Positions 38,101 through 51,400 of a stretch of DNA of 64,000 nucleotides are shown one piece after another. Both the position numbers and the translations under genes were made by a program. The notes beneath the pieces are model-generated. The model was not told the origin of the DNA, ran no database searches, and saw only the letters and a list, made by a program, of their open reading frames with translations. The first letter of the stretch is position 1, and the number at the start of each line of letters is the position of its first letter. The stretch comes from Hyphochytrium catenoides. Its lineage: Eukaryota; Protista; Hyphochytriomycota. Where the stretch lies: the NCBI GenBank assembly GCA_900088475.1, contig FLMG01003022.1, positions 44,989 through 108,988 of the forward strand, written 5' to 3'.

Positions 38101-41100
38101 TAATAACTATACCGTAGGCCCACCTTTTTGCTAAGGGTACGCACTTCTCACTCTTACGGATTGAACTTCTTGTCTCCCTTCGCAGCGTAAAAAGGTCCCG
38201 TACCTTCGCTAGTACTCTAGTGACTTCTTCCACACTTAACTCTCTGCACATGCCTGCCCCGTTCGCGCGTGCAGGCACCAAAGGTCTAGGGATGTCCTCT
38301 CCTGGTTGACTGCATACCACCGCCATCGAGTGATCGCCCCCCGCCGCGATAAAGCTGATAGGTTTATCAGTCAAGGAGTCTACAAGCACAGGTAGAGACT
38401 TGTCGGAAACGTCCGAGTTACCCAGTTGGCCAAACTCGCCTAGTATGGGAACCATGAGATGCGGGGAGGAATAAGATCATATGAGTGAATGCCCGTGGAA
38501 GGAACTACCTGTTTCTCTTCCTACCTGAGCCAAATGACCAAATAGATCCTTTGCCTTCCTTATTTCGAACAAGAGCCAAAGTGTGGCTCTGGCCGCAAGC
38601 CACTTGAACCACGCAGAATTTGCGAAGGGCATCCACCACCTGGCGCACAGGCAATGCGAGTTACTTTCTACCCATCCATAGATAACTTATTCAGTTCCTC
38701 TTCGCTCTGAGCAAGTGCATGCTACCTTGGGAGTGTTCACTGATGCCGTCGCAGTCCGGTGCCCCAACTGGCCCCTTGTATTCTTTCCAAAGGAGTACAA
38801 TGTCCCGCCATCCTCTTCAGATATTAGTGCGGAGTGGAGACCCCCACAGGCTATTGCCGCCACTTTGAAGGTAAGTTCCAGCCGCTGAGGCTCATGGATC
38901 TGCCGATCTATCCGAGGAGGCCGACTAGGAGAGACACTAATGATGTTGCTTTTTATCCCAAGCTGACCGCAATCGTTTCTTCCCCAGGCGTAAACGTTCC
39001 CTGATGATGAAAGGGCCAGAGAGTGGTTGTTTCCAGCAGCAATCTAGTTACCAAGAGAGAGCGAACTATTAGTTAGTCCATCACTAGTATACGCATTGGA
39101 CGAATGCTATTCTTCAATTGCACTCGGGCGCCTAATGGTTGTTGGACTGTCTCGCCTCACTGCGGGATGAGCGTACGCGCTTTAAAGCGGTACACCTATG
39201 GCCTCGATATGACTTTGACAAGGAGATTCTGATTACTCAACGTAGGAAGTCCCCATCTTCCCACGATAGCCTCTGTTACGGAGTTTGAGTAGACACCTAC
39301 CTGAACTATCGGCACCCCATAGAGTCCTTTAACTGGAATAACCATCCCGGAGTTAACTCCATGTGGGCTTACAGAAGTAGCCGTTGTACCATCAGGATTC
39401 AGATCACTGTAGCCCAAACCAGCCGCGAAGACTTCTCCTCTGGTACTGAGAATAAAGGTAGATAGTTCTCCGCAAGCAACTGCGCGAGCTTTCCGATTCC
39501 GCATTGGGCCTTCCATGGTCCGTGGCTGAACGTTCTGTAGAGTCCCTCTGCTATGGCCAAGCTACGTAGCATAAGGAGTAATCGGTCGACGACAATGAAG
39601 GTGGCAGAAGAGCATTAGAGGGATAGTAGGCAGCACGTCCCCGTGGTTGCAGAGGTAGATAAGGCTTGGCAAAGTTTACGAGTCAAAGAAAGGGCCTGAT
39701 AACGACTATAGGAGCTGACTGACCTGACCGAACTCGTTTCCCCCATAAGTAATCACTATTCCATCACTAGTCAGGCACGCACTGTGGTAGATGCCGCAGC
39801 TGACTTGGACTATTCGAGTCGCTAAGAGGGATTCTACAAGGCGTGGTGGGGATATGAACTCCTCCTTCTGAAAGAGATAGTTAGAACGATCATTGATGGC
39901 TAGAAGAGGCTACAATCTCACCTTATCCGGTATGATTTGGCCCTCATTATTAGATCCTCCCCCAATTACTTCACCTGTGCGTGTCCAGACGAAAGAGTGT
40001 AAAAGAGAACACGACGCTCCGACAATACTGTGGGCGGTGCCCGGGTGGTGGGCAAGGTAAGCCGTCAAAAGCCGGGACAACAAAGGCTATGGTTAGCTCA
40101 GGAGGTAAGATGCATTAAGAGGTCAACATCTCGAGAATACATCCAGGAAAAACTAGCAACATTCTGACTAAACAACAAAATGGGCAAGATAATAAGCCCC
40201 ATTGAAAAAGCACGAGAAAGGACTCGTAGACTAACTCTGCATCACGGTGGCTTACTCATATTTCGATAGTCTCGCTGACCGATGCGGCCGCCTGCATAAT
40301 AGGGTTCACGATATTAGCAATAGGGCAACCGAGATAGGCCACTGCGTCTCCACGTACGCGTAATTGATCCGGTCCTCTGCCATCAGCAACTGCCCTTGCT
40401 CTCCCCGGCCCCAAGCATAAAAGGTTGATACAGGGGTGGGACGAGGCTCTGCAAGGAGAGAAGCACGGTTTCACCTAGGCTTCTTCCAAGGCCATGCAGA
40501 CATATAACTACATCATACCCTCTGTTGATGCTTCCTCGAGTAAGGCATTGGTGGCGATAGACTGATCAGTCATGACATCATCAGAGCCGACGGTTAAGTC
40601 GCCAGCCACAGTCTTTGCAGGTTCGAGTTCCTCCGCAGCTTTCTCCATTTCCATCTAGGTGAGTTATTCGAGGGAAGAGGTCAAAAAAGGAAGGGATCAC
40701 AGGGCTACCATACCTTAGAACAACTTTGTCTTACCTCAATGAACTCATCTAAATCAGATGATTGGCTTGCGTCTCTGCTTAGGACTTCCCCGTTGACCAC
40801 GTCCGACTCTTGGTCTCGCTTCAGCCTGGCAGGAGCTGATGGGAACAATATATAAACCAGATCTGCAACGTGACGAAAGTAGGTTCAAGTGCATTTCAAA
40901 GAATACCATCTTTAGCTGGTGGAAGCGCCGTAGGTGCTTCCATCTCAGGCCGAGGAGAGGCAGCGACCAATTCGACAACCTTGGCCAATTCGCTATCGTC
41001 TACTGGACCTTGATCTCCAGATGCTAGACGGCGTATCCTAGTCTGCTCTATTGTCTCGACGTCCATAGGGGAGTCGGATCTGTTAAGCTCCGCTTCAGAA

Positions 41101-41653
41101 CCAGATGCAGCAGGTACACCTGTTTCCACTGGTGCAAGTGGAGGAATTCCACTTCTTCGGCGCTCCATTACACTTATTAAGAGGAACATTTTAAGATCTG
41201 AGTATCTTCTTGCTCATGGAGACCGACGTCATCGCATCTCACCTTAAAGGGCAGTTATTGCGGACAGCTGCCATCGCTGTCTCTACTCTGGAAAGAACAT
41301 CTTCTACTCGTTCGTTCAATCTCTCCTTTATTTCGAGCACCTCATCTCTGCGCTCGTTGATAGAGCTGGCGGTTATGGCATCGATCCCCTCAGATTGGAG
41401 TCGGTGAAGTTGCTGCTGAGACTGGGCGAGGCCGTCGAGCACACTCTCCTGCAGGCAACAGCATGAAGACCGGCGTCAAAACATCCGTTATGCATCGCTA
41501 TACCGTTGTTACCCCCTAGTTACACACCCATTCTTGGCGGCCGCTTATCTGAAGCCTCTCCTTCAGTAGTCGCTCGAGATCCTCCACCTGCTTAGAGATT
41601 GTCTGAACCTCGCCCTCGTATCGTGACAGGGTAGACATAGCTTCGTCTGCCAT
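35121..41653 (-). CDS. RCC1-repeat plus HECT E3 ubiquitin ligase (small HERC-like) with an N-terminal BAG-like helical domain
   Basis: RCC1 repeats ([49 protein letters not shown]). HECT: [26 protein letters not shown]-like segment, [16 protein letters not shown], and catalytic [22 protein letters not shown]...EGFGLM. The 5' exons phase correctly back to ATG 41653. Confidence 0.92.
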
Positions 41654-42361
41654 TTGTCCAAAGCTTCTCTTCATCACCAGCTCTCGCACAAAAGTAGTAC
41701 ACAATGGTCAGTGTGTAGTCTTTCCCTTCTCTAACTTGAGCATCAGGCTTCGGACATGATCTAAGCCAAAGATCTCCTATGGGGGAGAGCTCCCATACAA
41801 CTGACGGGAACGGACACTCTCTATCGTCCGGCCCACAGATTGAACTGTAGGCAGGCGCAAGCTCCTTCAGAGCTCCAAAATCTTCTCACGTCAACAGCCG
41901 ATAGTCGAAAGCTTTGACCGGTCTGCTACTTCTTCCAAGACAGTCTCCGCTAATGATTTGCCTTTCCCTTTCCGTTCTGTTCGTTCGGCTTCTCAATTCA
42001 TCGCAATTCTTATGCCTTCCTGAAAGCTTCTGGAAAAAAGTGTTGTTGTGGTGAAGCTTTCACATCTTTACACCGTATAGATTTCCGTTTTTCAAAGACG
42101 TTATTACTGTGTTGTAACTTGTACAGTAGAACTACATAGGCAGCGGCAAGCGAAAGGATGGGGAAACGGGGATAGCCAACAACTTCAACCAACCAGAGTT
42201 GAACTAACAAGGCTAACAACGAGTACGAACACTGGTCACCACCCTCCAACCCAAAGCCGTGTATTATCTTGTGATGGCCTGGGACGAACCATGTGTGAAC
42301 AACAGCTATAAGTTTCAAAGAAGTGGATAAACACAATGTTTCACGTAACTTTCGGTCCTGG

Positions 42362-42369
42362 TTTGGCGC
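42362..42369 (+). promoter_or_regulatory. Possible E2F-type element TTTGGCGC upstream of the FIRRM-like gene
   Basis: Exact TTTSSCGC consensus about 250 nt upstream of the ATG, inside the divergent HERC/FIRRM spacer. A single 8-mer can occur by chance. Confidence 0.25.
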
Positions 42370-42622
42370 CATAAACTAAAGACGAATTTGCAATCTCGCA
42401 CCGCTGCGAAGCCGCCTCAATTGGGAAAAAGTGCGGCAGGCCAGAGCTTTACCGACGTCTCTGTCTGGTAGAACATTAGTCAAAAGTCTGGGAGAGAGAG
42501 CTTCGTACGGTTAGTTTTAGATGGTGATGAAGACAAGGGTACAACAAGAAGGTGGTGAAGCATCTGTGCGACGGGGCGCCGCTGCTGGTGAGGAGCTACT
42601 CACTCGTTGAAGAGAAGTGACC

Positions 42623-45570
42623 ATGACAGGTTCAATGAGCGCATCTGACGGGGACTGTCTCCAGATCTTGACTACCAACATTCAAGAAGGTCAATATGGG
42701 GAGAACTGCAAGTACTTTGATCAAGCCTGTCAACTATTGCGTACCTCTTGCGATCAGGATGAGCTTGACAAATTCTTTGCTGCTATCCTCTTGGCCCTTC
42801 GCCAAAACTACGAAGCGAAGAATGTGGACTCCCCAACAGGGCCTGTCGACCCACTAACGGCGTGCTTGGCCGCTATGAGGGCATTTCAGGAAAATGTGAC
42901 GTCAAAGGGTGTGTTTATGCCGACGCCCTCAACCATTGACTGCCTGGCCAAAACTACGCAGTTCTTCTTTACATGCAGAGAGAGTGATCCTTCGCCTAAG
43001 CCCAGCACTGTGCGTAGCACTTGCCAGAAGGTAAGAGAGAAGAGCTTTCTTATGGCTCGAAAGCGCTTGATACTTACGTCACGAAACAGATTCTGGTTAG
43101 CTTTTTAGATGACATCACAAGAACGCATTTGGGAGAGAAAGGAGATACTGCGAAAGAGAGGCCTCAACTCTCGCTCACAATAGTCCAGAGCCTCTTCTCC
43201 TTAAACACTTGCATCGAGGACTCTCAGGGCTCACTGTACTTTGGACTGATGAGTTGTGTTTGGAAAGGTGTCTCTCGTCTCATGGTAAAAGCAAGTCATC
43301 TACTAGAAAAGCCAGAGAACTTGGTGACGGATCTTGAAGTACCTAGCCTTTCCGACCAACTGGTTCGGTGCGGATTAGCGTGGACATCAAAATTTGCACA
43401 ACAGCTAATACAAGGACTGGCACAAGATGAGAGTACAAAAGTTCTGGCAAGGTGTGCAAAGGTGTTGAAATTCTTTCTGGTCAATGTCTCAACCATCTGT
43501 GGTCACTTCCTGCATCACTGCCCCACTGAGCAAGCCTCAGGCTACGGGGCCCTCCTGGTAGACCTGGTCGGTTCTCTAGTAGTTCATGATGGGTGTTTAA
43601 AGCTAAATGAGTGGACCACGTGCCAAGCACATGCCCAACTGTCTCAAACAATTGGCAAGGAAGCCCAAGAAGTTCTGGTTGCTTCTGTTGCAGCCTTTGA
43701 CAAGATACTGCACTCGTCTCGGCTACCAATAGACCTAAAGGTGAATATGGTTGGCCAGATGTTGAGCCCGAAAGACGGGTGCGGCCTCGGCGGCGGCTTA
43801 TCCAAGGGAACAGATTCCGGTGATGGAGGGAAGACAGCAACATCAGGAGCACTTGTACTCTTGATCTTTGTTCTTAAGCAAACCGCCAGTCTGGACCAAG
43901 AGCTTCTGAGCCATTTCTTTCCCTTTTTCGAGGACTTAGTACGAACTCTGCTCGATCACTATACACTAATTTTCCTGGATAAACAACCAAACGATGCCAA
44001 GGCAAAAGATGGGACAAACAACAAGCATATCAAATCTGAGCTATATGCTCTTCTGCGCACGGCAATTCTGACATATGGAAGTTATGCATCAAGACACCAT
44101 ACGAGGAGATACCAGCAGCATCTTCTACATTTGACTGGCAGCCCTCATCCTCTCCTTCGGACACTGTCGGTGGAAGGGTGGCAGTGCTTCTTCGCAAGCA
44201 TTGGACCAGATCGGGCGCAACAAACTGCTGACGCCCTTTTGGCCATCTTTCTCCACCCTGATTGTGCCGAGCCAGCGGCACAGGTTCTTACTCTAGCCAT
44301 TACGTCCGGCTGCGCGGCAGGCTCTCCCACAGTGCGAGGAGCTGTTATCAGCAAAGTGGGACTTTTGAATCCCTCATTCTCTCGGTTATACGTAGAGAAT
44401 TCTAGAGTTGTTGACCTCGTGGAGAAGCTATCACTCACATCGTCCTGGACAGAAACAGAAGCCTCATTTCTGGCCAAGGTAGTCCAAACAGCTCTTGCGG
44501 CAATTGTAGCTGATGGGACCAAGACGCCGGGCTCGGATATTCCTATCCTATGCCTCCATCTGAGAGTTCTTCGGGCACTTCTTAGGAGTGATCTCTGTCT
44601 CAATGCGCTAACAGTCGAGACTAGGCTCCGGATCTTGGCTTGCACTCTCTCTTTGGCGATAGATATAGCACATAATCCACGAAACGAATCGACGATTGGC
44701 TCGCTGTCTTCTCGATTATCCCAGAACAGGCAAATCTTAGAGCTGTGCTGTGCTCTAGCGACCAGGTTGCTTTCATTTTTTAACCACTATCTTATTGAAG
44801 AGAGCCTTGGAGTACGGTTACCCGAGCTCCTTACTTCTACTCTCGACATGCTGCGCTCTACTTCGGCGAACGAGGTTGCGGTACCCCTTATTAAGGTCTT
44901 TGAACAGCTCTGTATGGTGGCTGCCAAGTCTCCTTCCTCTTCGGATAAAGAGATGGCAAGCATGTTCAAGCAAGCTTTTCACGCCCTCTTCCAACATACC
45001 TCTTGGCCAACGCTTTCTTGCACTCTGCAGGCATTTGAAGGATTCTCACTGTATTCTCCTTATGCTGACCAACAGCCTTTAGACGCTTTAGTGCCGAGAC
45101 CAGAGCTTGTTCCTTTCGCTTACAACTTTGTGCAACGCAACGTGATCTCAGGTGAGGGCAGAAGTATTGCAAGTCCAGATGTCGAGACGTTGATTGTCTG
45201 GGAGGGACAGCAACTGAGGAAACTGAAGGCAGACGATCCAAGATCTGTTCTTCCAAGCAGTGCTTTACCTGAATCATTGCCGACTCAAAGCGGTGGTGTT
45301 TCCCTTGCATCCACCTCTAATTCTAGTCCGGCAGAAGCTCTGAATGATCCCGAACCGCATGCTATGGGGACATCACCACCCATCGGGATTCAGGACGTTG
45401 GTGCATCTCGAATCTCTGGCCCACTTCTTCCCGCCTTCTCACAGGTCTCCACCGCTCTGGATGCCTTAGAAAAGGAACTAGAGCTGACCGCGGACCACCG
45501 GGCTCCCAAACAACTCGCGATCTTACAGCATCGCCTGCTAATGATGAGAAGAAGACTGGAGGGTCACTGA
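42623..45570 (+). CDS. Probable FIRRM/C1orf112/FLIP homolog (FIGNL1-interacting helical-repeat protein, DUF4487-like)
   Basis: Two ORFs are joined by intron 43031-43089 (gtaag...cag). MSCVWKGVSRLM and FHALFQHTSWPTLSCTLQAFEGFS recall the WKG and W....(T/A)L.AF..F motifs of FLIP/C1orf112. The family call is from memory of those motifs. Confidence 0.6.
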
Positions 45571-45887
45571 GTAGAATAATGGCCTACGACACGTAAGGCA
45601 TCTGCCACCTGCAGCTCTTTCTACCGACCTGATTATGCTCCTGTTGGCATCACTTACGTCTCCAAACGACAAACATACTGCTGATTGCGATGGGATACCG
45701 TTCAGCTCTCCCAAGGTTTAGCTCTTCTGTACAGTTCATTGACAGTAAGACCATCTCTTCCTATCCGCGCCGCTTCCGGCTGAGCGCGGAATGTAAGCCA
45801 ATCTAGGCTCCAGAAGATGTACTTGAAAAGTGTGTACATAGTAAAAAGTGCTTTTATTTCCTACATTTTCCCGATCCGCTAATCTCC

Positions 45888-47693
45888 TCAACGGACAGAC
45901 CGCCCAAACTTATCAAAGAAACCGCTATCAATGGCGCCGCGTCCCGCCTGGCGGTTTCTTTGTTCTCTCTCTCTTGCCTCTTTCTTCTGCTGTTCAAGGA
46001 CCATCGTCTGATCCTCTCTAGCCTTTCTCCTTCTCCGAGCTTCTTCCACTTCTAGGGCTTCCACCTTCTGGTGGATGGCTCGTGTTTGGCTCGCCAGGAC
46101 TTTCTCACTTTCCTCCTCTTGAAGCTTTTGCTGTCGCTTGTACTCGGCCAGCTCTCGGTTGGATGCTAAGATTTTGGCCTTCTCCTCCGCGCTGAGACCC
46201 TTATAGTGATCCACACGGAGTCTGACAGGAGAAGTACGCACGCGTTGACGCAAGGCGTTTAGGGTTATATGATTAGATTTGATGCCTAAGCATGTAGTAG
46301 GCAAGCAGCACACCACTTGACAACGAGGAGAGTGGCAGGGAATAATAGTAGAACCAAAGCTGCGTTGATGAGTGACAAACCCTTACTCCATGTGATCTTA
46401 CCTTCCTGCCCGGCCCGCAGCAATGGACGGATCTTCCATGAGAAGCGGATCCTTGGTCTGCAGACTGATTTCCTCCTGAGCCAGTCTTTCTTCTTCAAGA
46501 GCACGTTCTTGTTCCCGCAGTCTTCGTTGTTCGGCCTGTACAACGAGAATTACGATGCAATCCAGGGGAAAGACGAGAAGAAGGCCCCTTGTGAGTAGAA
46601 CGGCAAGAGGCTAGATGCTTTGTCCTTAGGAGCCTTACCATATCTAGATTCTCCTTCTTGACTTCGTAAAGCCCTGTCTTTCGGGTGTACTCGACTTGAT
46701 TCTCAATCTCATCTATGGCAACCTTAAGGGACTGCGTGTATGAGGCATAATCATCCTGTTGCTTCCTCTCCTGGCTCCTCTTCTCCTGCCTTTCTGCCTG
46801 CTGTTGATTATTCCATTGTCGAAACTGTCGAGACAAACAGCAGAGTAAAAGAGAGACTATGACTATGACGTCACGTTTGAGATCACGAGAGAGAAAAGCC
46901 CACCGGTATTACCTGCTCCTGCTGGATTTTCTTTCTTCGTTGGGATGCCACGTCCTCTCCTTGGAAGGATTGTGCTGCGGAAATGCCAACAGCTTCTGGA
47001 TCCAATGCTGGCTCATTATCTTTCACTCCATACTTCGCCTCATGCTGAGCCTTCTGCTGCTTCCACTCCTCAGCTATATTCAGCGCTTCACCTTTCCTCA
47101 CTAGGTGCTGCTTCATCTCCAGCTCAGTCACATAACGCCTAATGTCCTCTCCTTGTCTCACTGCATAATAAGTAGATCGTACGAGCGGATAAACGTGAGG
47201 AAAAGAGGGAACAGTGAAATTTCCAGAAAATGTCTAGCACTATTGTTGGTTATCGCTTGCCTCCAGGAGTGAAGGAGGACTCTTAAGTTGAACAGCAAGA
47301 TATAAATCTGTGTGAGGAGGGAAACCATACCATTCATTTCCTCGTCTTGAGCTTCTCTTCTCTCTCTCATGTGCTTCTCCTCCACCTGCTGGTTTAGTGC
47401 CTGGACATCAAGCTGGCTCGCCAACAAGCAAGACCACGGGAGAATATAACAAAGAAGGTTAGAGACATACACGAGGATATTAAGGCTGAAAGTAAGGAAG
47501 AGCCGAGGGCCAGGTAACACGGTATGTGGGGAGGTACACGAGGCAGACTGACCCCGATAGCCCTCTCTCTCGTGCCTTGCGAGAGTCTTTGCTTCAACCT
47601 CTGCTCATTGCGTGCACGCATTGCCTCAGACCGCTTCTCGAGGGTGGTGTCGTCCACAATAATGCCGCCAGCTCTAGCGACGACGCTGCTCAT
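45888..47693 (-). CDS. RIB43A-like protofilament ribbon / microtubule inner protein
   Basis: RERAIG|LDVQALNQQVEEK, GISAAQSFQGED...RKKIQQEQ, RVDHYKGLSAEE and C-terminal IDSGFFDKFGRSVR match RIB43A/RIBC motifs; five introns phase correctly. Confidence 0.9.
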
Positions 47694-48441
47694 TGTCACG
47701 GTTCTTGGGCTGCAAAACTCTACCTAAGACTTATTTCTCCCCGTCGCAGCAGCTACTGATCTTCTTCGCGGAAATAGCAGCTTGACGGTGGTAGAAGATA
47801 CTGCTGCACGGCCTTCGCGTTCTCTTTGACGGAAAGGGCGGAGATAATGACAAAGTTGATTAAGCTTCTCGTTTCTAATTCTTAGTAGAGCTATAGTTTC
47901 TCTTCTATCTCACTCCTTGGCTGCTTCTCACTAAGAAGGACTGGTACGGCGACTACTGGGCGCGATTTTGTTCAGCAGAAGGTACTTTCTCTCTCTGTCT
48001 TCACCAAAGGAGGAGGCTGGTAAACCAAGAAGCACGGAGCCAGAAATTGATGGGGCAGAAGAGCTTAGAACAGCGGTGCTGGAGGAGGATAAGACTTCCA
48101 ACCGACCAGAAGACGAGTCATATCGTCCAAGAGGGATAAAGCCAAAGGAGACACTATGCCAGAGAGAGAGCTGTATGTACATGCATAAGAAAAGTAAGAC
48201 CCACAGCAAGGGAGAATAAACCGAGGGAGAGACGAAGCAGAGAGAAAGCCGTCCAGCCAAGGGAGAAATGGTGTTAGAATGTGCTTACATTATCTGAGGC
48301 GTCATCAGAACCCGCTTCCCACTGGATGAAGGACCACAGAGAGGGGGAGAGGAAAGAGGGCAAAGCTGTAACGGAAAAACTGAACCGAGACTGATCCTCT
48401 CAAGTCAGTATTTGATAAATCAGTGAGTGATTCATTAATAG

Positions 48442-51400
48442 TTATCGTGCTGGAGCAAGACAGCTCTGTAACCACCGTAGATTCCCTTCCACCAAAAGCT
48501 TGGCCTGCGTCGTCAGAGTCTTCGAAGCACCTTACGGAGGAGACGCACGGCAAGAGGCCCAGAGAGAGCAGAAAGACGGAGACACAGGCAGAGACAGCAA
48601 AAGAGAAGACAATGCTCAGATTTGGACAGTTCTGGTATATGGTTAACCCCTGCCCCAGGCTCACTTAGGAAGAGGATCAGACCGGGTAACGCGCAAAGTC
48701 GTGAGGCGGCGTAAGGGAATAGAGGTTAAGGATTACCGAGCGTGGCAGCGAAGGAACAGCGCGCGAAGCAATAAAGAGAAGTTGAGCTTTAGAATAGTTG
48801 AGACAAAGAATGGCACGTTGCAGCCAGAAGGCGCAAAAGAAAGATAGACTCAAAATCATACCCCCGTTTGACTCCATCAGTGTTTGAGAAAGATTCGTCA
48901 TTGACTGTGCCATTGTGTCTGGGACTCGAGGCTTCAAAATGTCCAGAAGTACTTGAAGCTCCAGGGCAACCTGTGAGATTGCTTAGTGAGCAGCACAAAC
49001 CGACACTGTCAACAGCCAACAGTTCGTACACACACACTCTTTCTCTTTCTCTGAAGACAGACCCTGAGGGTATCTGATGCCCAGAATCTGTAGGCTGACC
49101 CTATTGACCGATAGCCTTGTATCTCCCCTTTCCGATGCCTGTTTGCCCACCTACCGTAAGTGTAGGGCCCTCCGGCGATGGCTCACTCTCTGTCAGAGCC
49201 TCAGAGAGGGACTGAAAGATGCTTTCAGACACCTTGCGCATCGCTTGGTCGCAGATTTCTTCTCCTAGAAGACCGGGAAGACTGGTCTCTATCTCTTTCC
49301 GCATGTAGATCAAAACCATCAGCAAATCCACGACATAGCTCCTCACACTGTCGATATCCTCAAAAGCTTCGTAGGTTGGTTCGCTTAACCCATCCCGAAT
49401 TACGGTGCGGATAGCGCCTCCCTGAAGCTCTATGTACCGCTTCATAGCCGCCTCTTGGACTTGAAAGATCGCGGAGGAAGAGAGAGTGTGGCTTTCTCCC
49501 TCGAGGAATGCTTTTTGAAATATCATCGCTAGACACCCAGAAAGAGAGGGCAAGAGCGATCGTACTGCAAACGTAGAAAGAGCTATCATCAGTCCTTATT
49601 GCGCTAACCTAGGCATCTCTAAGTTGAGGAGAAGAAGAACATAACGGGCTATGTCGAACTCCAACAATAGTCCTGACCCTTGGCCGCAAGGGCTAGATTA
49701 TCAGACTGGCGAAGTAGGCTCTGAAGTCCTGCTATGAATGGTCCTGAACCTTAGAGCCGTGACAGACAATCAACAAGGAAGAAAAGTAGGCTGTAGCGGA
49801 TAGAGAAAGAATGGTCAGACTTCCGCTCACCGGACACGATGATGTTTCCGACTACAAGGAGATACCGATAGGCAGGATCTATAGGACCCTGGGTCGCGCT
49901 TTTGTCATCCAGCAATCTCATTTGCAGTGTGGCGTAAGTGTCAATCAGGCCCTGTGCGAGGACTGGGTCAGATAATTGAACTAGTCGCTTGCAAAGGAAC
50001 GAGTGAAGGGCATTGAGATGTGCCTAGTGATAGATTTTGCTAAGAGAATTAGTTAAAGGAGGAGGAAGGGTTCTCCGGTAAGCAGCATATAAAGTCCAAG
50101 TTACAGAATTGAGTGTGCGGGAGAAGGCTTGCCTGAAGTAGCTCTAGCGCGGCCTTGGCTATCTTGCTCTTCATATTCTTGGTGCTGTGCGAGATCTCGG
50201 AAGGGTTGTATCCGTTCCCATCTAGTTCCCCCACAATTGAGGGACCTCGTTCCTCATCAATATCAGAGAGAAGACATCTAGCGGTTTCCGCGACGTACTT
50301 ATCGATTATCGCCCTCACATGTGAGGGGAGGGTCGAATGGAAGACGATAAGTGTGGAGTCTCTGTCTTCCGGAGAGGGGTCTGGCTCGTTACCCGAGTTC
50401 TCGGGGAGAGCCATAGATGCTGTCATAGGAGCTATTTTGTCATTATGAGAGAGAAACAAGAGGGAGGCAGTATCCTCAGAATGCGCACGCCAGGAGCTCC
50501 GCTCTTCCCTAGCCCACGTCTCCTAAAAAAAAGTAGGAGTCAGGCTTACGCGTTCGACAAAGGAAAAAGCCAGACAAGCCAGCACCACATCGAGGAATCG
50601 GAGCTATTAGAGTCGGCGTATTGGGAGTAAAGTACTTGTAGTCTATTTCTCAGTTGGATGCAAAGAACAGCTGCAGAAGACCCGAAAGTGTCTTTCCTCA
50701 CCTTTAGGCCCAAGATTTCTGGGGCCAGCATATCCTTCACAATACGTAGATGCCGGCGGCAATAATCGGCGTACAAGAGGGAGAAGGCAAGAAAGCCATC
50801 CCAAGACAACTTTTCACCTTTGCCTCTAGAGTTCTTCCGCTTTGGGCTCAACCCCCCTCCCATTCTTCCTCCTCGCACTTGCTTGGGGCTTGCTGGAGCA
50901 TCCGTGGGGCAATGTAGGGCCTCAAGCTTCGACTGTACGGAGTCGAGGATAGTCCAGCAACTCTTGAGCTTTGACAGAGCCTCTCGTGATTCAGCAAAGG
51001 AGAGAATGGCCGCGGAGCCTTGATTCTCTGTAGGAAAAAATAGGTTAAATATCAGGATAAGGACACAGCCTTGACTGAGCCGCGGTGGCGAAGGGAAATT
51101 GAAACAAAAGGTGAGAAAGATATGTCCGTTGCGTATACTGCGTAATAATAGTTACATTGACATTTCCAAGATGGAGCAGATGGGAGTCAAGCGCTGCAGG
51201 TAAAGGACTGCCTGATCCAGGCATTGTGGTTCAGAATGCTCCAGCATGCCGCATCATAGAGGAAAGGGATCAGATGCCACAGGGGAGAGGTAGGTTGAAT
51301 GTACATAATAGAAGGAAAGGAGCATCCAGCAAAGGCACCTACTTGAGGATTCTTCAGGAAGGGAAAGAAGGAGTCGAATTGTGCTGATGCTATTGCTGAG

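Noticed and set aside
42010-42372. 120-aa minus-strand ORF, or a structured ncRNA, in the HERC/FIRRM spacer
   Set aside because: No recognisable protein motif and no RNase P/MRP, snRNA or tRNA consensus; most likely promoter or UTR sequence.
47931-48441. Ser-rich ORFs as additional EXOC2 exons
   Set aside because: A more Sec5-like terminal exon ends at 48442; this region looks like 3'/5' UTR between EXOC2 and RIB43A.
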